A stretch of DNA of 64,000 nt from Eledone cirrhosa (Eukaryota): NCBI GenBank assembly GCA_964016885.1, contig OZ024740.1, forward strand, positions 336,102,001-336,166,000. The letters run 5' to 3'. The position numbers and the translations under genes are program-made. The notes under the pieces were generated by a model. It was not told the origin of the DNA, made no database searches, and saw nothing but the letters and a program-made list of their open reading frames with translations. Positions 51,394-64,000 of this stretch are shown here, piece after piece (position 1 is the first letter of the stretch; each line of letters opens with the position of its first letter).

Positions 51394-51654
51394 CAAATTA
51401 CAATGAAAATAAAAAACAAAGTCAAGTTATTTTATAACTTTGGTTTTACTTTGTTGTTTTTATTTTTATTGTTAATTTAATACCTAATATCTAACTCTGT
51501 ATCTAACGAATTAATTCAGCGAAACACAGAACTTCTCTTTGGATTTTAGAAGATTCTATTGAGTTCTATCTACGGTATGGACCCCACCACCAGAGGTAGA
51601 CCAGAGTTAAAAAAGAAAATATATATATATATATGTGTGCGTGTGTGTGTGTGT

Positions 51655-51713
<59 letters not shown>

Positions 51714-51764
51714 ATAATTAAGTCAAATATGTAAAATTTAGATTCGTTTATAAATTATAGATAT

Positions 51765-51819
51765 ACTGCTATATATATTTCGGTGACAGCCATTATTAAC
51801 TGTGACCTCTTCAGGCAGT
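51765..51819 (-). ncRNA. Type I hammerhead ribozyme (minus-strand copy)
   Basis: Minus strand actgc-CTGAAGA-ggtcacagttaataatggctgtcacc-GAAA-tatata-TA-gcagt. Confidence 0.8.
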
Positions 51820-52043
51820 CCGAATTGGTGTGGGAAAGACAAGTACACATGTTGTTGAAGTGTGTTTTACTCCGTCAATACATCGATATGTCTACCTCCT
51901 GGTTGTGTTGTTATTTCTCTGAGGAACTGGAATCATATCCTCAGAGAAATAACAACACAACCAGGAGCTGGACATATCGATGTATTGACGGAGTAAAACA
52001 CACTTCAACAACATGTGTACCTGTCTTTCCCACTCCAATTCAG

Positions 52044-52098
52044 ACTGCCTGAAGAGGACACAGCCAATGATGGCTGTCACCGAAATATATATAGCAGT
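52044..52098 (+). ncRNA. Type I hammerhead ribozyme (plus-strand copy)
   Basis: actgc-CTGAAGA-gg acacagcca(atga)tggctgtca cc-GAAA-tatata-TA-gcagt. Stem I actgc/gcagt, palindromic helix III; predicted cleavage after AUA at 52093. Confidence 0.85.
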
Positions 52099-52401
52099 AT
52101 ATCTATAATTTATAAACGAAGCCAAATTTTATATATTTGGCTTAATTATTTTAGGTTATTCCGGAGTAAACAAACCAGCCTGCGTCCCTCGTCGAGTGCT
52201 TCAATCTGCATACTTAGGTGTCAGTAAACAACCAACATATACTCAAAAAAAAATATATATATATATATCCTTACACACTTAAATATAAATGCATGTATAA
52301 ATGCATAGCTAGATGCATACGTAAATGTATGTATGTATGTATGTATGTATGTATGTATATATATGTATGTGTGTATGTAGATTTATATATATATATATAT
52401 A

Positions 52402-53066
<665 letters not shown>

Positions 53067-53078
53067 ATATGTAGATCT

Positions 53079-53542
53079 ATATTTATTAAAATAACAGATT
53101 AAAGATGAATATATGTCAATAGAGTGCTCAACCGAGGGAGCCAAATAGTAATAATAATAAATTTGAAGACTAAAATCCAAAGAGGGCTCGATAAGGATAA
53201 ATATATATCAAATCCCTCGGTTGAGCACTCTATTGACTTATATTCATCATGCAGAAACAACATCTGAATATTTCTACAAAGAACATACCCGTACCAAGCA
53301 GGAAAACATAAGTATCGTCTTCCTGTCTTCCTCCGGTTGCAACGTTTTTTGAAATATCCACTTCTGCGTTTAAGGGTGAAAGCAGGGATTCTTTGCTTAA
53401 AGGTGAAAGCACCGATTCTTTGCTTAAACTTTAATCTGTTATTTTAATAAATATTTGCTCTACGGTTCTTATATATTTGATATATATTTATCCTTATCGA
53501 GCCCTCTTTGGATTTTAGTCTTTAAATTTATTATTATTACTA
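53079..53542. mobile_element. Rearranged copy of family B with nested inverted repeats
   Basis: Inverted pairs 53079-53104/53430-53455, ~53105-53140/53213-53248 and 53147-53213/53475-53542. Shares sequence with 33480-34292. Confidence 0.65.
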
Positions 53543-53623
53543 GGTAGATTTATATATATATATAAATCTACATACATACAAATATATGTATGTATGCATA
53601 TTTATATATATATATGTATGTAG

Positions 53624-53725
<102 letters not shown>

Positions 53726-54745
53726 GTGTGTGTGTGTGTGTATGTATATATATATATATAAATCTACATACATACATATATACATACATATATTTACGTA
53801 TGTATATAGCTATGCATTTATATATTTGTATATATATACATCCATTTATATTTAAGTGTGTAAGGATGTTGACATGATTTATGTTTTTTATTTTTTTGGT
53901 AAGGAGAAAATGTTATCTCCAGATTTTATTACTTAGGGAGATTATATACCACAGCTCTGGCTGAAAGCTGACTGGGTTCTCAACCTCATCAAACACAGTG
54001 TGTGTATATATATGTGTGTGTGTATGTATGTACGTATGCATTTGTGTGTATGTTCGTATGTATGTATATGTATTACACCCACACCTTTCACCACCATTGC
54101 TTCTTTTTGTTGTCATTTCTGTTGAAGTTGTTCTTGTAACTGTTGTAAAATTTGACGTCCTTATTTTCATTTTCTTTGATTTCTTTTGTTTTTCTTTTAT
54201 CTCCCTAGGGAATTCGTTGACAAGCTTCTTTTATTTATTTTCTTCGTTTTCTTCATTCAAATACATTCACACTGGCTGTCTAAGAGACGTATAAATATGA
54301 CTTACAAAACTTACCAAACTAAAGGGGCTTCCAGTGCCCCTCTAGCGCCCCCCTAATGCCTCTTGCTCCAAAACGCCCCCAGGAGCTCCGAAACGCCCCC
54401 CCCCTCCCCCACACCCCCGTTCAGAACCTTTGTCTAAGAGTTTCATATGTTGTGTAGAGTATGTGTAGTGTAAGTTGTGTTATTTTGATGGGTTCTGTAA
54501 TTTGTCTTATGTGTTTTATTGTCGGGCTATGATTGAATATGCACTGTGTTGGTTGTCTTATATTACTTGATAGCAACTGTGCAGAATATGAATTATGATG
54601 TGATTTTGTTCGTGTTACATAGCTGGGTATTGATTATGTTAAATTATGTCGTCTATTATTTTACTGGGTGTTGATTGTCTAGATTATATGTTGTATTATA
54701 TTGTCTGGTGGTGATTTCGTAGACTTTGTGCTGCATAACTTGTAT

Positions 54746-54938
54746 TCGGTGGATTGGCAGTATCGGTAGAGGATCAGACGCCATGCTTTCCAGCATAGTT
54801 ACGTCTCTTTGCGGTCTGAGTTCAAATCCCGCCGAGGTTAACTTTGCCTTTCATCCTTACGGGGTCGATAAAATAAAGTACCAGTAATGTACTGGATAAT
54901 TGATGGCCTTGTGCCAAAAACTAGAAACAATTATATTA
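54746..54938 (+). mobile_element. Octopus-type SINE (main family)
   Basis: Same head, core and tail as the copy at 10821. Confidence 0.92.
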
Positions 54939-54945
54939 TAGACTT

Positions 54946-55168
54946 TGCGGTGGATTGGCAGAACAGGTAGAACGTCGGACAGTATGATTGGTGGCATAGA
55001 GCTACGGATTTTACGTTCTGAGTTCAAATTCTGCCAAGGTTAGCTTTGCCTTTCATCCTTTCGGGGTCGATACAATAAAGTACCAATAATACACTTGGGT
55101 CGATTTAATCGACTTTCCTTCCAAAAAAATTGTTATCCTTGTGCTTAGATCAGAAACCAACCATTATG
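54946..55168 (+). mobile_element. Octopus-type SINE (main family), tandem to the previous copy
   Basis: gcggtggattggcagaacagg...gagttcaaattctgccaaggttagctttgcctttcatcctttcggggtcgat. Confidence 0.92.
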
Positions 55169-56212
55169 TTATGGCCTGAGCCTGATGAATGTGTAGGGTA
55201 GCTGATGTGTATGGATACAGTACTGTCTGAGTCATGTTATTGATCATGTGTTGCATAGAATGCCGGCTATGTCTATTAGGGTTGCCAATTGGGATGTATA
55301 AAATTTTGTGAGCACTAGCATATTTTTGTTCCCATTTCGGTCGTCACTCTTAAAGATTCTTGGTAGTTTTCACTTTCATACCCCACATCCTAATTACTCC
55401 AATTTCAAGATCGTGTGCTTTAATAGAGCCTCGGCCTCCTCCCGGGAAATTTTTTTTCCGTCGGGGACTATCGAGATCTGTGAGAGGACAAACCTGTTCA
55501 TTCCAGTCTTTTATAATTTGATTAGTATGGTTTTATATGATCAGCTTGTCAGTCTGGGCAGGCATATCTCAGATACTTGTCACCGGATCATTGTTAAGAA
55601 CAGTGTTTGGTACATGTTTATGTATGCTTGTATCGATGTTCACTGCCAACTGGATCGTGTTTGTTATTATACTCAAAACTTGTTATAAATGACTTGGTCA
55701 ATTGTCTCAATCTTCTATCTGAATAGTTTGAACTTTTTGTTATCATTCTCGTTTTTTTTTGTCTGTTTTTTTTTGTTTTTTTTTAATTATTTGTGGCTAG
55801 TCATTAGTCTTATTCATCGGAATACTGATCAAATCATCAATATTCCGATGATTTGATCAGGCAAACACTGTAATTAAGGTCGAGTGACGTAATTTCTAGC
55901 GATCAGCGGCTTTTAGACTCACTCACCTGATTAATGAAACAATTGTTAATACTGTAAATAAACCCTTTTTGTACAGCCGACCATGTTATTCCTCATCTTC
56001 GTTCTTTTACTATAATTACTCCAAGAACCAGCTGCCTAGGAACTTTCTTAAACTGGCCACTCGACTGAGGTAACTTCTTGTTGAGTCAAACAACGCCGTA
56101 CGTTAAAACTATCCTCAACACAGACTACTCACAACCTCTAGCTGGATTACCTTAAACGATACCTTGTTATCCTATATATATATATATATATATATTCATA
56201 TATATATATATA

Positions 56213-56306
<94 letters not shown>

Positions 56307-56367
56307 ATATATATATATATATATGAAAATATATATATATATATTACCTTAAACGATACCTTGTTAT

Positions 56368-56411
<44 letters not shown>

Positions 56412-56708
56412 TATATATATAAACATGTATATATATATATATATATATAAATATTCAGGATCCTGACGCCTGAGCTCCGACCGTTTCAACAGCTAGATCC
56501 GTTATGGTTCACCTGGTATCTTACCACACCCTCTTTGTAGAAGTCATTTCTATATGAAATATATATGCATCCCTCTGCTAGTGTATTGAGTACCTTATTT
56601 AACTGTGGTTTGTTTCCAATCTCCTTCGGAAAACCATTAAGGATGGGATGCATATTTATTTCGTATAGAAATGACTTCTACACGTATATTGTAGAAGTCA
56701 TTACTATA

Positions 56709-56815
<107 letters not shown>

Positions 56816-56816
56816 C

Positions 56817-56859
<43 letters not shown>

Positions 56860-56981
56860 TTTTATTTCTCGCCCTAGCACAGCTGATACATAAATGTAAG
56901 TATGCATACATACACACATATATATACGCACTCACATATATGTATATGTGTGTGTGTATGTGTGTACGTATGCATACTTAC

Positions 56982-57020
<39 letters not shown>

Positions 57021-58372
57021 TTCTGGTTGCTTGTGGAGCTGAAAGTGTTATCTTTCCTTTTTTGCATGACTGAATGAACACACAAGGCGAGAGTGTGTAA
57101 TACCTCCTTGATTTGTTGCAAGTCAACATAGAAACATAAAATGCGGAATATAATCTATGAACGGATAAAATTTGCCTGGCATTGTTGGTATGTGGATATA
57201 AGATTACATGGTAAATAAATTGATTATATGGTAAATAAAATAATCGGTTGTTAATTCTTATGTTATTTTGTGTAACTAGTGGTATTACTTTCTAGATTCT
57301 ACTCTCCTTTACCAATAACAAGTAAGCCATTGCCAATATCTTATATATTCTTTGTTGAATAACAGACTTTTTAACCAAATATATAGAATCTCGTCAATTC
57401 CATAGACTAGCAGCTGTTAGACGTCATTATAGTACAAGTGAAGTCTATTAGGTTATGTTCAAACGTCTTTTGTGATTTTATCATGTTGTTATTTTATTTT
57501 CTATTGTTTTTCATTGCTACCCCTTTTTCTAGTATTTTTGCTGTGTTCTGTAACTTGTCTTGATATACTTTCACAATGTATCTCAATTTCATTTTCTCTT
57601 GATGTGATAATACTGTTGGTATTATTTTTATGTTTTATATTTCAAAGATATCTAAAATAGATTTCTACATTCTCAAAGAGCTAGGTTGTATTCATTTTGT
57701 GTTCATTTTCAGCTGTTGTTTATTTAACTTTATCTTGTGAATCTTGTCGATGTTCCATGGTGTTATTTTGTATTGGGATTACTTCTATTTTGTGCGTTGC
57801 ACTTGTTAGATTTTTCCACTGTCATTTTTATTTTCGCTGGGTTTTTGTGTATTTTCGTGTGCTTTTTTTTTTTTTTTTTTTTTTGTGTTTATTTGTTTTT
57901 GTTTTTTTTGGCAAAGTGTTGTATTGAGAAAATGCAATTTCTTCACCTGAATATTGTTCCTGCGGATGCTTATCTGATTTACAGGTTCGTTTCGAATATT
58001 TCTTTCCCTTTGTCTTTGTTCTCTAGTAGGCACTCGTCCCATTTGCCTCTTCTGTTGTTTCCTTGTGATGTGAGGCCTTATTTTTTGTGAGTTCGATCGG
58101 TTGTAAATGTATTATATATTCTTTGCAAACCATTAGTTTAGATAGTTTTAGGGCCTCATTCACAAGAAATTTCTATTCACTCTGTAAAAGCCTTTTTTAG
58201 TTATTGTAATGCACAATATGCAGAAAGTAATTAACAAAGGCTTTTGCTCTGCTCTCAGCTGTGTACACATTAATTTTCACCAACTAATTTTAATAATATT
58301 TCATAACATAGGCACATGGCTATATATGTTGAAGGAGGAACTGTCGATTAATTCGAGCTATGTGTACGGTTG

Positions 58373-58980
58373 AGATCAGAGAGGCACTCCAGGCAGAGCC
58401 GCTACTTCTCCGAATTGAGAGATCACAGTTCCGATATGCACACTAAAATTCTAAATAGAGTCTTCATAACATTACCTGAATAAAGATATAAGTACATAAT
58501 AATTTTCTGTAGTTTAAATTATTTATATTTACAGGCTAAAATATATAAATATATTTTTTAATTCATACATGTGCGTCGAAAGTTGTATATTTAAGTGCGC
58601 AGGGAGTAAAAAGAAAAAAAGGAAATTCAGTTTTCAAAAGCAATAGAGTGCGTAGCTTGGATACCAGAGAGTCACTCCAGGTAGAGCCGCTACTTCTCCG
58701 AATTGAGAGATAACAGTTCCGATACTATACAGCATGTGTTTAGAATGTCTCAGGAAAGAATCGCTGGACAGATTTTACGGGCAAACCCAACTGGCAAGAG
58801 ACCCAAGGGTAGACCCCGAGCAAGATGTTTGGATAACCTCCATGAGCTTGGCAGGTCACGCTTGGGGATCCTGTCGGATCAGTTGGAGACGGTTGCTTCT
58901 GACAGAACCCGCTGGAGGGAGTGTTTGAGGACTCTTACCCAACAACCCTCTCGGGGATAAGGGGGCGAAGAAGAGAAGAA
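58373..58980 (+). mobile_element. RTE-clade LINE 3' fragment (58660-58980) with a duplicated piece (58373-58435)
   Basis: ESLQVEPLLLRIER.QFR..HVFRMSQERIAGQIL..PTGKRPKGRPRARC.D...DRTRWR, a typical RTE C-terminus, followed by a purine-rich tail. Confidence 0.85.
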
Positions 58981-59554
58981 AAAGAAGTGAAGAAAAAGAC
59001 TGAGTATGTGACGTGTTTATTTTTACCGAACGCTAATGGGTGAAAATCAAAGCCAACCTTAGTAGAACTACAACTTTGAACGTAGCTAAATACCACTCAT
59101 CATTTTCTCCAATGTTTTAGCAATCCTGACAAACCACGGCTCTTGATATATTTAAGTATATAATAAAATAGAAATTGGATGTATAAGTTATGTTTCTTTT
59201 TCTAAAATGTTTTATCTTCCCTTTTTATTGCTTGCCTCTGTTATCTCTAAAATTGTTTTATCTCTACTATTTAACTATAAAGCTTTACCAAGACCAATTT
59301 CAATAAACACACCACACTGTTTAATCTGACTGTAAAGGTATTCTAATTCATTATTCAAAACAAATGTGTTAAGTAACTTATTATCACTTTAATGGTTTGT
59401 TTTTCGGATTCATTTCTTTCCTGATCTCATAAATTGTTTGCTAGATACACTGTGATTGATAAATATTTATATAACAATTGTAGATATTTTTCGGTTGGTT
59501 TCTCTTAAAGTTGTCTGAGACAGGAAAGAGGTAGTTAACATTCTTATTTGTGAG

Positions 59555-59710
59555 GGATATGCGGATTGACAGCATTGTTAGAGTATCGGACAAATACTTA
59601 TCAATATTTGCTCCTGCGCTTTACCTCCTGAATTTAGTTAAATACTGGGGTCAATATAATCGACTTTCTCCAAATAGCTGGTCTTGTGCCAAAAGTAGAA
59701 ACAAGTATTG
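59555..59710 (+). mobile_element. Internally deleted SINE (main family)
   Basis: Head gcggattgacagcattg and 3' part tactggggtcaatataatcgact...cttgtgccaaaagtagaaaca; the core is missing. Confidence 0.7.
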
Positions 59711-59727
59711 TTTCTATTAATGATGAA

Positions 59728-59952
59728 ATATTGACAGTATCGGTAGAGCGTATGACAATATACTTTGAGGCATATAGTTATAGCCCTTTACATTCTGAGT
59801 TTAAATACCGCCGAGGTTAGCTTTGCCTCTCATCCTTACGGGGTCGATAATATGAAGTACCAGTAATGCACTGGGGTCGATTTAATCGACTTTCCCCTCC
59901 CCAAAAAATGTTGGCATTGTGTGTAAATCAGAAACCATTATTATTATTATTA
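59728..59952 (+). mobile_element. Octopus-type SINE (main family)
   Basis: Core gcctctcatccttacggggtcgataatatgaagtaccagt and (ATT)n tail. Confidence 0.9.
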
Positions 59953-61168
59953 TTTGAAACTTCTTTTGAATGCTGCTTCTTTCTGATATCAAGTCACCTG
60001 TCAACCTGGTGTCAATTTGGTAATACATACATTTTACAACCAATTGTCATGCAATTGATGTCATAAGGGTATAAACAACAGTGAATGCCTTTGGAAGGTA
60101 TTTAAATTGTTAATAGTGCCAGTCAGCTTTCCAGGTATCAGGTCCAAATATTTTTCAGTTCCCTTTTTAATCATACCAAGTGCACTAACTATCACTGCTA
60201 TTTTACAGGGTTTAAGATGTCACATTTTCTCAATTTCAGCTGTCAGATCTTTATATTTACTGAGCTTTTGGAACCCCATCGAGATGTTACGATATGATGG
60301 AATGCTTATGTCAATTAAGAAGTATGTGTTTTTTTTGGGTCCTTAACAATCATATGAAGTCTGTCGGCCTTGATCGTTCTCACAGATTGTCACATTCTCA
60401 ACTCATTGATCCCTAGATATCTGTCAGTTTGTTCCTGTTCTACTTCCTTAATTATTGTATTCACATCTATTTCCATTGAATTTGCGCTTGTTATTCTGCC
60501 CTTCTTGAATGCTGCTTTTGCACATTTTTTCAATCCAAGCTCCACCACAACATTATTAATGATTTCAACAGTCATTTTAATTCGCTGTCATATTTGACAT
60601 ACAGTTTCAGGTCATCCATATAGAACATGATTATATGGTTTTGCTGTCTATTTTGGAGCAATATCTTGTTTTGTTGAGCGCTGTAGACAATGATATGAAG
60701 AGAAACAAAATCACCTTAAAAGTTACCATAGTTAATGCTGATGCTGCTGGAATTTATAGTTCCATCACTTTGTGACAATGATAGATTTCTATTCCATACA
60801 GACATGTTGTATTTCAGGAAATTTGATAATACTGGGGAAATGTTGAGAGCATCAAACTTTTCAGAATCCATAAATGGGGAAGACTATCAAATGTTTTTTT
60901 ATAATCAATCCAAGCAGTACTCAAACTTCTGTGCTTGTTATGACAGTTTTCCAGAATCATACGGTTAATGAGAAGTTGCAATCGTAAGACCCACGGCGAC
61001 AACCTTTCTGCTCAATAGGGAAAAGATGATTTTCATGCATAAATTTGTAGCTTGTCTGTCAAGATTGAGGTGAGAATTTTGTATGGTGTGAGAAAGCAAG
61101 TGATAGGACGATAATCCCTTGGAATATTTGTTTCTGTCAATTTTGGCAAGAGATATGTTACACCATAT

Positions 61169-61170
<2 letters not shown>
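59953..61170 (-). mobile_element. Internally deleted R4/Dong-like LINE between (TAA)n tracts
   Basis: Minus strand RDYRPITC, AWIDYKKTFDSLPH, FYMDDLKLY, GLKKCAK, RYLG and RLE remnants. (ATT)n at 59936-59952 and 61171-61231. Confidence 0.82.
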
Positions 61171-61231
<61 letters not shown>

Positions 61232-61446
61232 GGCGACATACGTAGTAAATCGTATCATCGTGAGCTCCGCAAAGGTTTGTTATTTTCAGTTGTTTAAAAT
61301 TGCCATTTATGGAAAAGTTTTATTGTTAACTGTATATAAGTGCAAATACATTGATTTCTGAAAAGGACACTCAAAAATATTGGGGCCTTGAGCCCAGAAT
61401 TTAAACTTTTTATAATTATCAAACGAAAATTTTTCTTTGAAAAGTC

Positions 61447-62909
61447 ATGGCTGACTCAGGGTCACTCCTTCCTCACAATCTAACACCTCACACCGACACC
61501 ACCATTGTAAATATTGCTACGTTTGCCAACACTGGAAATGTAAGCAGTACCAATATTTTAAATTTGTCTCAGGCAGATGTTCATTTCCCGCCATTACCAA
61601 TGACTGCAGGTGTTAAAGCCGCCACCACCACCACCGCGACAACCACCACCCCACCACCACCACAGCGACAACAGAAACAAAAGAAAAAAATAAATTAATT
61701 CGTGACATCGAAATGAATTCAACCAAAATGAACTCTTCCACACCGAACACCACTGACGCCACCACCACCACAACTGAAACTAAAATTAACAATAGCAAAA
61801 GTAACTATAACAACAACAGCAACAATGAAATTAAGAAAACTACCCTGAGTTTTGCCAGAGTAGCAAAAACGTGCGAAGCGATCCAGGTAACTCAGGAGGA
61901 ATTAGAAGAAGCCAAAGGAATGGTAAAGAAAGATGGGTAAAGGGTCAGCCTCACCCACCCCCCACCTAATAAAATGGAGCAACGTCGTCTATGCACCGTG
62001 TCTTATCGGACAATTAACATAAAATCGCGCCGAGTGGAACGGGCATCCGAGTCCCAAATCCAAAAAGCTTTGGGACATGTGTGGGCCAAAAAAACCCACA
62101 TCAGACGTGGGAAGAAGTATGGAATCGTGGACGTGTTCTTTGAAACACCACAGGAGGCCAGAGAACACTCCATGGTCCCATTAAGAAGTGATAACTTCAC
62201 ACTCGTCCCAAGCTATTGTGGCCAGAGACTTGTGAAGATCAGGGTGACCCACGTTCCACCGGCCATCGAAATTCCCTGGCTAATAGCTGTCGTCCTCGCC
62301 GGCATCGAGGCCAACACCAAGATAATTGAAATAGCGAAAGAAAAGCAGGAGAACTGGTTCGGATCTGGGATGGAGCTCCTGATCCAAGCGGACCATAAAA
62401 GCATTGAGGAGATCCCAGAGGTAATAGACCTCACTGACGGCAGCCACCTCACCGTAATCGTCGAGGGCAGAAGACCTAGGTGTGTCGTTTGTGGTGAAGG
62501 AACCCCCCTAAGGGCTTTCTGCCCTCAGGCTAAAAGGTTGAGGCCACCTCTCTTACCCATTCCAGTGACTCAACCATCAACACCACCAGCAGCAGAAATG
62601 GCAGCAACAACTGTAGCAGCAACAACAGAAGCAACTGTAACAGCAACAACCCCAGCAACAGTAGCAAAACCAACACCACCACCACCCAACGCGCCAGAAC
62701 TAGCACCAGCGCCTACACCATCCAGCACGCCACAACCAAAACCAATGCCTGTGGAGGATTTTCCACTCCCCGGCTTATCGCAACTGGAGACAGATTGTGA
62801 CGACGAGGAGTGGGAAACGATATCAGGAAAAAAGAAAAAAAGAAACCAAAAAAGAAAAAAATTCTCTTCCTTACCCCTCCAAAAACAAAATACAGAGGGA
62901 AACAAATAA
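61447..62909 (+). pseudogene. LINE ORF1 (gag-like), broken into 61447-61698, 61713-61940 and 61974-62909
   Basis: SFARVAK motif, VEGRRPRCVVCGEGTPLRAFC (CX2CX4HX4C knuckle with H to P), Pro/Thr-rich tail and WETISGKKKKR. Confidence 0.7.
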
Positions 62910-63432
62910 ATTATCAAACAAAAAAGTTAGGACGGATATGCTACCATCCACACCAGCATCACCAACCCCATCACCACAAACACCAACACCATCACCATCA
63001 TTAACCCCAACACCACATCACCAACACCACAAAAGTCACCAAAAAGCGTAACAGAAACAAACCCACAACAAACGCAAACAAAACAAAACAACCAAAAGGA
63101 TACACACTACACAGCATTAAATTTGAACAACAACCAATTATTACACTACATGCAACACAACACCAGCATCACAGAAAAAGACTACACAACAACCCAAAAG
63201 TTCACACCACCTCCACACATACAAATCACTCGCATCACACAGAAAACGTACACGACACTAAAACAAAAATTCCCCAAAGACATCGGAGACTTCCGACAAA
63301 CACTCTCCAGGAGGATTTATAAGGACATCCTTCCGGAGGAGGCCACAAGCAGTGAAAAGGATGAACAAACCATCCTTCCTCTACGAGAAGTAAGGTAAGT
63401 GGTATTTCCCATCTTTTCCACTCCATTTCAAC

Positions 63433-64000
63433 ATGACCTCACTCAGAATAGGCAGCATAAATGCGCGTGGCTTGGTATCGTCATGGAAGCAGGTCCACCT
63501 GCTCAACGACCTCAGGTCACTAAACATAGATGTAGTGGCCATCAGCGAGACCAGAATCTCCGAAGCACGGGCCTTCGCACCGATCTTCGGCGGCTACGAT
63601 GTGTACGCATCTCCCAGCCGTCGGGGATCGGGGGGCGGAGTTGCTGTGCTTTTTCGGAGAGGTTTGGATCTCGCCATACTTCTCACCAGAAGGTAAGTTG
63701 GTGGTGCTGGACGTGACCAGCGGAGACGGGCAAGCTTTCAGGCTAGTGGCCATCTATGCCCCGACAGGAGCAGGGCGGCCTGATTTCTTCCGGCGTCTGG
63801 AGACCTTTCTTGGAACATCCCACTCTTTAGTGTTAGTGGGCGACTGGAACGGGATCTTAGATGCACGCTGGGACTGTGTGGGATTAGCGGAGAAGGGAGG
63901 AGGGAGCAAGAGCTTCACCAACCTGCTCAGGCGTTTTGAACTGTCTGACAAGTACCGATTGGATTTCCCGAATGTGCGAATGTGGACTTGGACAAATCGC
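63433..64000 (+). pseudogene. LINE ORF2 apurinic-like endonuclease domain, frameshifted near 63690
   Basis: MTSLRIGSINARGL, VVAISETR, GGGVAVLF, frameshift, then GKLVVLDV, IYAP, LVGDWNGILD, D.YR..FP....WTW.N. Confidence 0.9.

Larger units (their letters stand above)
51713..52245 (+). mobile_element. PLE-derived fold-back element: 213-bp inverted arms, 12-nt loop, plus ~95-bp unique tail
   Basis: Arms 51713-51925 and 51938-52150 differ at ~13 positions by hand count, and each carries a hammerhead. Flanked by TG and TA tracts. Confidence 0.8.
61232..64000 (+). mobile_element. Tx1/L1-clade LINE, 5' portion (runs off the window end)
   Basis: 5' UTR, disrupted ORF1 with zinc knuckle, A/C-rich spacer, and ORF2 APE domain. 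Confidence 0.88.

Noticed and set aside
55200-55750. Possible minus-strand LINE ORF1 relic
   Set aside because: Composition is suggestive but no recognisable motif was found.
55925-55950. Hammerhead-like CTGATTA-at-GAAAC-aatt-GTT
   Set aside because: Core mismatch, no stem II and no stem I pairing.

Overview
AT-rich, repeat-saturated animal genomic DNA, most likely an octopus (inferred from the dominant tRNA-derived SINE family and the (TA)n/(TG)n/(ATT)n microsatellites). No intact host protein-coding gene can be supported, and most ORF-track entries are microsatellite artefacts. The window holds a ~17.5 kb 20/21-bp satellite with higher-order structure (11.1-28.6 kb), about 10 copies of one SINE family, decayed RLE-type LINEs (R4/Dong-like, CRE-like), an RTE fragment, the 5' half of a Tx1/L1-clade LINE, a non-autonomous Helitron, hAT transposase relics and MITEs. 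The most striking signal is a set of Penelope-like elements (PLEs) and PLE-derived fold-back elements embedded in (TA)n tracts. They have long inverted termini and carry minimal type I hammerhead ribozymes. One is a 438-bp palindrome with an intact hammerhead core on each strand (51713-52150), and another has a non-canonical CAGUUGA core.
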